Positions 57,201 to 64,000 of a stretch of 64,000 nt of DNA are shown piece by piece (within the stretch, counting starts at the first letter, position 1; each line of letters starts with the position of its first letter). This stretch comes from the human T2T-CHM13v2.0 reference genome, Homo sapiens. The DNA lies in assembly GCF_009914755.1 (NCBI RefSeq), contig NC_060932.1; one strand, written 5' to 3'. The notes under the pieces are model-generated. The model had not been told where the DNA came from and ran no database searches. It worked only from the letters and a program-made list of their open reading frames with translations. The position numbers were made by a program, and so were the translations under genes.

Positions 57201-60200
57201 TAGCTTTGGGTTTGATTTGTTCTTATTTGTCTAGTTCCTTTGGGTATGATGTTAGGTTGTTAACTTGAGAGCTTCCTATCTTTCTGATGTAGATACTTAA
57301 TGCTATAAACTTACCTCTTAACACTGTTTTTTTTTTGCTGTATCTTAGAGGTTTGTTATGTTGTATCTCTATACTGATTTGTTTCAAAAATACTTTTGAT
57401 TTCTACCTCAATTTCATTGTTTACTCAAAAGCCATTCAGGAGCAAGTTGCTTAATTTCCATGTACTTGTGTGATTTTGAGAGTTTCTCTTAGTATTGATT
57501 TACACTTTTATCCCACTGTATTCCAAAAAGATGCTTGATATGATTTGATTTTTTTTTGGAATTTATTTAGATTTGCTTTATGATCAAGCATGTGGTCAAT
57601 TTTACAGAATGTTCCATTTGCAGATGAGAAAAATGTATATTCTGTGCTTGTTATGTGAAATGTTCTGTAGCTGTCTATTAGGTCAATCCAGTCAAGAATC
57701 CAATTTAAATCCAGAGTTCCTTTGTTAGTTTTCTGCCTCAGTGATCCTTCTAGTGCTGCCAGTGTGATATTGAAGTCCCCCACTATTATCATCTGGCCAC
57801 TGTCCCTTTTCTTAGGTCTAGTAGTATTCATTTTATAAATCTGGGTGCTTCACTGTTTGATGCATATATATTTAGGGGTAGTTAAATCTTGTTGAATTGA
57901 AACCTTTATCATTATATAAGGCCCTTCTTTGTCTTTCTTTCTTTTTTTTTGCCATTGTTGGTTTAAAGTCTGTTTTATTTGATACAAGAATAGAAACTCC
58001 TGTTCTTTTATGTTTTTCATTTGTGAGATAGATCTTTCTCCACCCCCTTACTTTGAGCCTGTGAGTGTTGTTACACAAAAAATGAGGCTATGGAGGCAGC
58101 AGATGGTTGGGTCTTTAAAAAAAAATCCATTTTGCCAAGCCATATCTTTTAAGTGGAGCATTTATGCCTTTTATATTCAAGGTTAATATTGATTTGTGAG
58201 GTTTTTGTTCCTGTCATAGTGTTGTTACCTAGTTGCTTTGTAGTCTCAAATGTGTAATTGCTTTATAAAATCTGTGAACTTTGTACACAATATGCTTTCA
58301 TGGTAGCAAGTATTGTCCTTTCATTTTCATGTTTAGAACTCTTTTGAACATTTCTTGTAGGGTTGGTCTGGTTGTCCTTAGCATTTCCTTGTCTGAGAAA
58401 GACTATTTCTCCTTCTTTTATGAAGCTTAGTTTGATAGAATATAAAATTCTTGGCTGGCATTTTTTTTTTCTTCAAGAAGGCTAAAAACAGACCCCCAAA
58501 CTCTTCTGGCTTGTAATATTTTTGCTGAGAAGTCTACTGTTAGTGTAATGGGATTTCCTTTATAGGTAATTTAGCCCTTTTCTCTAGCTGCCTTTAAGTT
58601 GTTTTTTTTTTTTTTCTTCATGTTGGCCTTGGGTAGTCTGATGACTCTGCTTCAGTGATGTCTTCTTCTACAGTATCTCACATGTGTTTTCTTAATTTCT
58701 TGTATCTGGATAATTACCTCACATGCAAGATAAAAGACATTTCTCTGAATTATTTGCTAAAATGTGTTTTTCAAATTGCTTACTTTTTCTTCTTCTTCTC
58801 TCAGGTATGCCTATAAGTTATAGGTTTAGTTGTATTACATAATTTCAAATTTCTTAAAGGCTTTGTTTGATTTTTAAAATATCTTTTTCTTTATTTTTCT
58901 GTCTGGGTTAATTTGAAAGACTAGTCTTCAAGGCCTAAAATTATTCTTTTTTTTCTAGTATATTATTAAAGCTTTCAAATGTGTTTTGAAATTCCTTTAG
59001 CGAGTTGTTTAATTCTAGGTGTTCTATTTGGCTTTTATAAAAATATAGCTATCTTTCAAATCCTGAATTGTTTTCTGGTTTCTTTGTGCAGGTTTTCAAC
59101 TTTCTTCTGGATCTCACTGAGTTTCTTTGGAATCCACATTTTGAATTCCTTATCTGCCATTTCTGACTTTTCCTTTTGGTTAGAATCAATTGCTAGAAAG
59201 TTAGCTTGATCCTTTGGAGGTGTCAAGACACTCTGTCTTTTTGTACTGCAGTAGTTCTTTCACTGATTCCTTCTCATCTGAAGGAGCTCTTGCTTATTTT
59301 TGAATTTTATATAATTTGGATGGGACTTTTACATTTTTCACTCTTTTTTCCCTTGAGGGTATACTGCAGTGTATGTGTTTTACAATCTTTTGGCTTCATT
59401 TCTGGGTGCTTTCAGGGCAAGTTTCTGCATGAGTTCCTTGGTTGTGGACAGCTTCTGTGCACTGGCTTTCTCAGATGCTGCCTGTTGTAGTGATATATCG
59501 AATGTAAGAGCCAAAACAGTATCTTCTGCAGGGCTGAGGGTGCAGAGATCTCAGGTAGCTTTTCTTCTGCACTATCACTGTGTCCTTCTGGCAGCAAGTT
59601 TTTATTTTGTGGGGCAGTTCAGGCTCCAGTCCAGTAGGTGGTATTTAAGACTAAGAGCTGGCTCACTTCCCAGGAGGCTGATGAGTGGAAGCACTCAGTC
59701 TCACGGGAGGATGGCAAGGGGAGATCATGTTGGGCTGTGAGTAGGTCTCCAGGGAAGGGGCAGTGGGGCGAGCACCAGATTCTCAAGCTGAGCTGGCAGG
59801 AATGCAGTTTACCTCCCTATCGCACCCCTGCCTCAGGACTCATGACCTTCAGTTTATATAGACTTTGTCCTTTGGCTCATGGCTGCAAAGTGGCTGCAGA
59901 CTGTGGATGAAGCCCTCTGTCCACTCCCACTAAAACCAACTCAGGGCAGAGCCACCTTCCCCAGTCCAGAGCAGACAACTCTGTAGCTTATGTCCTCCAT
60001 TGCAGGGCTGCTGCTGTTCTGTATAGGAAGGAGAAGGTGGTCCCTGCTCATTGTGCAATCCCAAGCAGGGAGGGTTCACTTTCAATAGTGGTGGAGCTGC
60101 CATGAAAAGCACTTTCTCCAAGTGCTTTCCTTCACACATACCAGCCCCCATCAGGGAGAACCTCTTCTGAGTCTGCAATAGTGGATGAGGGGAGTGGGAC

Positions 60201-60915
60201 ATGATCACCTCTCCATGTCTATTCCTGGCTGCTGGTGCTGCCCCCTTTCAGTGATTGGTACCACATCTACGTTTCCTTTGTCCCAGGGGGGCTTTGGTGA
60301 GCTGAGTGCCCACCCATAGAAGTGGCGGAAAGTTAGATCTCCAGAGGTCTGAAAGCTCCCCTGGGACCCACTGGTCCTCTGCACCTGCCAAAGTCAGAGC
60401 GGGTTGTAGGAGATGTTTGCGGGCAGTCTGGTGGCGCAGTGACTCAAGGACAGAGAATCTTCTGGCAGGGCAGAAGTCCACCATAGGTGCAGAATTAGTA
60501 TGGTGCCATCTTAGCTTAGATCTGAGGATAGTGAGGGCACACATGTGTGAGCTGGTCACCTGGTTCTTTGACCCTGAGAAGTTCTCAAGTTGCCACCAAC
60601 AGCATTGCACAGTCACAAGAGCAGAGGGACACCCTAAGAGTTTGGTGGTCTGCAGATTGTCGATTGTCACAGGGGTGAGGGGAACAGAGAAGCACCCCCA
60701 CCTATGTTTTCCGTGAACTCTGAGTTCCTCGGCTGCCAGTCTCTCAGACTTTGCTGCTTTTTAAGTGTGTGCAACCCTGCTTCCTCCATTAGGATTTTTG
60801 ACAGGTACTGGCTCTCTTCCCTCAATATTCCATTTAGGACATGCCCATTCACCAAAAACTTTGACGTAGTTTTTGAAGAGAACTGGTATCTGATGTTCCT
60901 AGTTAGCCATCTTGA
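54205..60915 (-). mobile_element. Near full-length degenerate L1 (L1PA15/16- or L1PB-like, ~6.7 kb), antisense to SLC26A7
   Basis: 3'UTR at the left. Broken ORF2 pieces read as C-term, RT ([12 protein letters not shown]) and EN (IIVGDFN), followed by the ORF1 region and a GC-richer 5'UTR ending at agttagccatcttg (caagatggctaact on the - strand). Confidence 0.9.
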
Positions 60916-61277
60916 AAAAAACGAATTACAAATATTTTTAGAAAGCAAGAATGGCATGGTTACTGCCTTATTTCTCAAGTCTTCACTATTATTCTTTTCC
61001 CATTGACTGTCTCTTTCATTTAACATTATTTCCCAAAGAATTTGGTATTTGTTACTATTATGGCTTTATCACTAGGCACAAAAACTTAATAGATGGTCAA
61101 TTAATGAATAAATGGAAAAAAGGGAGCAAACAAGGGAGGGAGAGCAGGAAAAATGAAGGCAGAATCACTGAGGTCCAAATCATTACCTAAACACTTGTTA
61201 GGATTATATAAGGTCATATGGTATATAATATTAACATCACTCCTTGGTAAGAGAGAAAAAGAAACAAGAAATAAATG

Positions 61278-61452
61278 AAATATATAATTACATTATAATG
61301 TATAATTATATATTTATATAAATAATATATATTATATATAATATAAAGTATATATAAATAATATATATTATATATAATATAAAGTATATATAAATATATA
61401 ATTTTATATGTATTTATATATTAAATTGATATATTTATTAGGTATATATATG
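61278..61452. repeat. AT-rich minisatellite containing two exact 36-bp units (61315-61350, 61351-61386)
   Basis: tatataaataatatatattatatataatataaagta x2. Confidence 0.9.
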
Positions 61453-61699
61453 TTGTAATAAATGTGAGAATGATTCAGAAGCATCTTGCTAAAGGTCTGG
61501 GAAAAGGGGAAACTAGTCTGAAGAACTTAATTAGGACTATCATCTTTGGCTGAAGATCTGGTTGGACATTAAACTTGGGCTGTTGTGTTCTCTCTCAGAT
61601 ACCAGCTAGGAGAGCCCCGAGTCTTACTGTCTCTCTCATGACCATACACTGGGTCATTATACAAGTTTCAACACATTTCAAATAATGAAAATTATACAG

Positions 61700-64000
61700 G
61701 CAGGTTTCTGTCCAAAATTCAGTTAAGTTGGAAATATTTAACAGAAGGAAATTTACAACAAAAATATAACCCCAAAACTACCATATATTTGGAAATCTGT
61801 AACAATTAAAAGGAAAAGAGGAAAACTCGTATCATTCACACATGAAATAATTGTTTATTTAAAATATAAAAATAATACACTATATTTGAATTAATAAGAA
61901 GTTAAAAGTTTCCTGTAATTCATAATCAATATAAAATCAATTGGTTTCAATATACTAGCATCAAAGAGAAAATACATAAAAGCTACCATTTACAGTATCT
62001 TTAAAAAAAATCAAATCTTAGAAGTGAATTTAAATAAAAATGTATAGACCTACACAGGATGAAGGTGTACAACTTTATTATGAGACATTAAAAATACCTG
62101 TAGCAAGTAAATATTTATAAATAAATGGAGGGAAGCACAATGCCCATTGATTAGAATACTTGATATCAAAAAGCATAATTTCTAAAACTGATTTATAGAT
62201 TTATATTTAATATCAAGTAAAGTTACAATAGAATATTTTAATGGCTTTTTACAAGCTTATTTAAATTTTTAAATAAAAATGCAAATGGCCAAGAATAGTC
62301 AAGACACTTGAAAAATATGAACAAATGAAGGGTATGTCCTCTTAGCATCAAGATGTATTATAAAGCTCTAATAATCACTGCAGTGTAGTATTGGATCAGA
62401 AATAAATAGGTCAATATGACAGAGTAGAGAGTTCAGAGGGGGAAAACCCTCACATGTATTGCAGTTTTATTTATGACAAAAATGGCACTATAGAGCAATG
62501 GGAAAGGACAGTCTTGATGATAAATAATGCAGAGACAATTATGTATCTATATGAATGAAATTAGGCCCCTAATCCACACCATACCACACATATGTATGAG
62601 GTAGATCAATCTCAATATAGTAGACAAAATGTAAACTTAGAAGAGCATATAGGAAAATATCTTAAAAGACCTTGGAATAAATAAATTTCCTTAAAACAAG
62701 AAATATAAAGCATTAAGCATAAAGAAAATGATTATTAAACTTCACTATATTATTTTTAAGAACTTTTGTTTACCAGAAGGTACTATATAAAACATGAAAA
62801 AATAAGTCAGAGTGGAAGAAGATAGATGTAACTTATAAAATGCAGAAAGGACTGCTTTCTACTACAAATCAACGAGTAAAAAAAGGCAAACAACTCAATA
62901 GAAAAATAAGCAAAAAACATGAACAGGCATTTCACATAAAGGGACATTTTCTAAGTTACCAAAATATATACATATAGGAATATGCTTGACTTCACTATTA
63001 TTATTCACAGCTATTATTGGGGAAATGCAAATTAAATAACTCTATATGTATGATATTGGTCAAAATGGAAAAATCTGACAATACCAAGGATTGGTGAGGA
63101 TATAGGGCAACAAGAAGTCTCCTACAAAGTCGGTGGTAGTATAAACTCTTACAAGTTGAGTATCACTCATCTGAAATGTTTATGACCGGCAGTGTTTTAT
63201 ATTTTGAATTTCTTTGGATTTTGGAATATTTATTTATGCATTATAAGGTATCTTAGTAATGGTACCCAACTCTAAACACGAAATTAATTTATGTTTTATA
63301 TACACCCTATACACATAGTCTGAAGGTAATTTTATACAATATTTTAAATAATTTTGGGCATAAAACAAAGTTTGTGTGCATTTAACCATCAGAAAGCAAA
63401 TGATGTGGACAATCATCTCCGGTTGTTTGGCATTACCATCACTCCTGACTGAATTTATATGCTACTAATAAGCTATCATTTTCTTACATTTATTCCCATG
63501 TAAGTACTGAACAGTAACAATTATGACATACCATTAAGATAGTAAAATGATGTGTTCAAGGTAACTTATGATGTCATGTTGACATTCAGAAAGTTTTGGA
63601 TTTTGGAGCATTTCGGATTTTGCATTTTCTGATTACCATCTGTGCATCCACCTTGGAAAACGGTTTGGCAATGTCTTATAAAGTTGAAGATACACATATC
63701 CTGTGATCAGCAATTCTGCTCTTAGTTGTACATCCTGAAGAAATGATAATTTATGTGCAGCCAAGTACACACACAAGAATATTCACAATAATATTGTTTG
63801 TAACTGTCCAAACCTGGAAATAACTCAGGTGTCCAACTAAAGCAGCAGGTATGTATAAATTGTGACATATTTATACAATTGAGTTTTTACTTAATATATT
63901 TGTTATATGTTATACTGACATAATAATGAAAATTATATACATCTTATAAACAATGTTGGGGAAAAAAGCAAGACAAATGAAAACATATAGTAAGGTTCTA
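61700..64000 (+). mobile_element. Ancient L1M (ME-like) ORF2 3' region/3'UTR, interrupted by a Tigger element
   Basis: A-rich; aatggccaagaatagtcaagac, gaacaggcatttcac, ggaaatgcaaattaaa, ccttggaaaacggtttggca. Confidence 0.75.
63151..63643. mobile_element. Tigger4/MER46 (Zombi) TcMar DNA transposon derivative
   Basis: ta|caagttgagtatc...ctgaaatg terminus and ggattttggagcatttcggatttt other end; splits the L1M. Confidence 0.75.

Noticed and set aside
59369-61026. Cluster of 90-140 aa ORFs suggesting a hidden gene
   Set aside because: They lie in the GC-richer 5'UTR of the old L1; no coherent exon structure or recognisable domain.

Overview
Primate (almost certainly human-lineage) genomic DNA, AT-rich and CpG-poor, covering the middle of SLC26A7 (SLC26/SulP anion transporter) on the + strand. 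Eleven internal coding exons can be read with GT-AG boundaries and matching phases. They splice into one uninterrupted frame from VAMFVLQLG to SNGNCN (about residues 160-558; exons 5-15 in the numbering I recall). Neither the start nor the stop codon is in the window. The rest is intron filled with Alu, L1 (young and old, one near full length), L2, MIR, MLT1 LTRs, hAT/Tigger/piggyBac MITEs and simple repeats. I see no evidence of a new gene system. The most notable points are a 69-bp non-tandem copy of intronic sequence inside a CT-rich tract 17 kb away, a ~1 kb head-to-head inverted L1 pair with a nested AluY, a young L1 with a perfect 18-bp TSD, a MER85 MITE, a Val where I recall Ile at residue 215, and several cryptic splice configurations. 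Repeat subfamily names, exon numbers and variant names are from memory, not from database searches.
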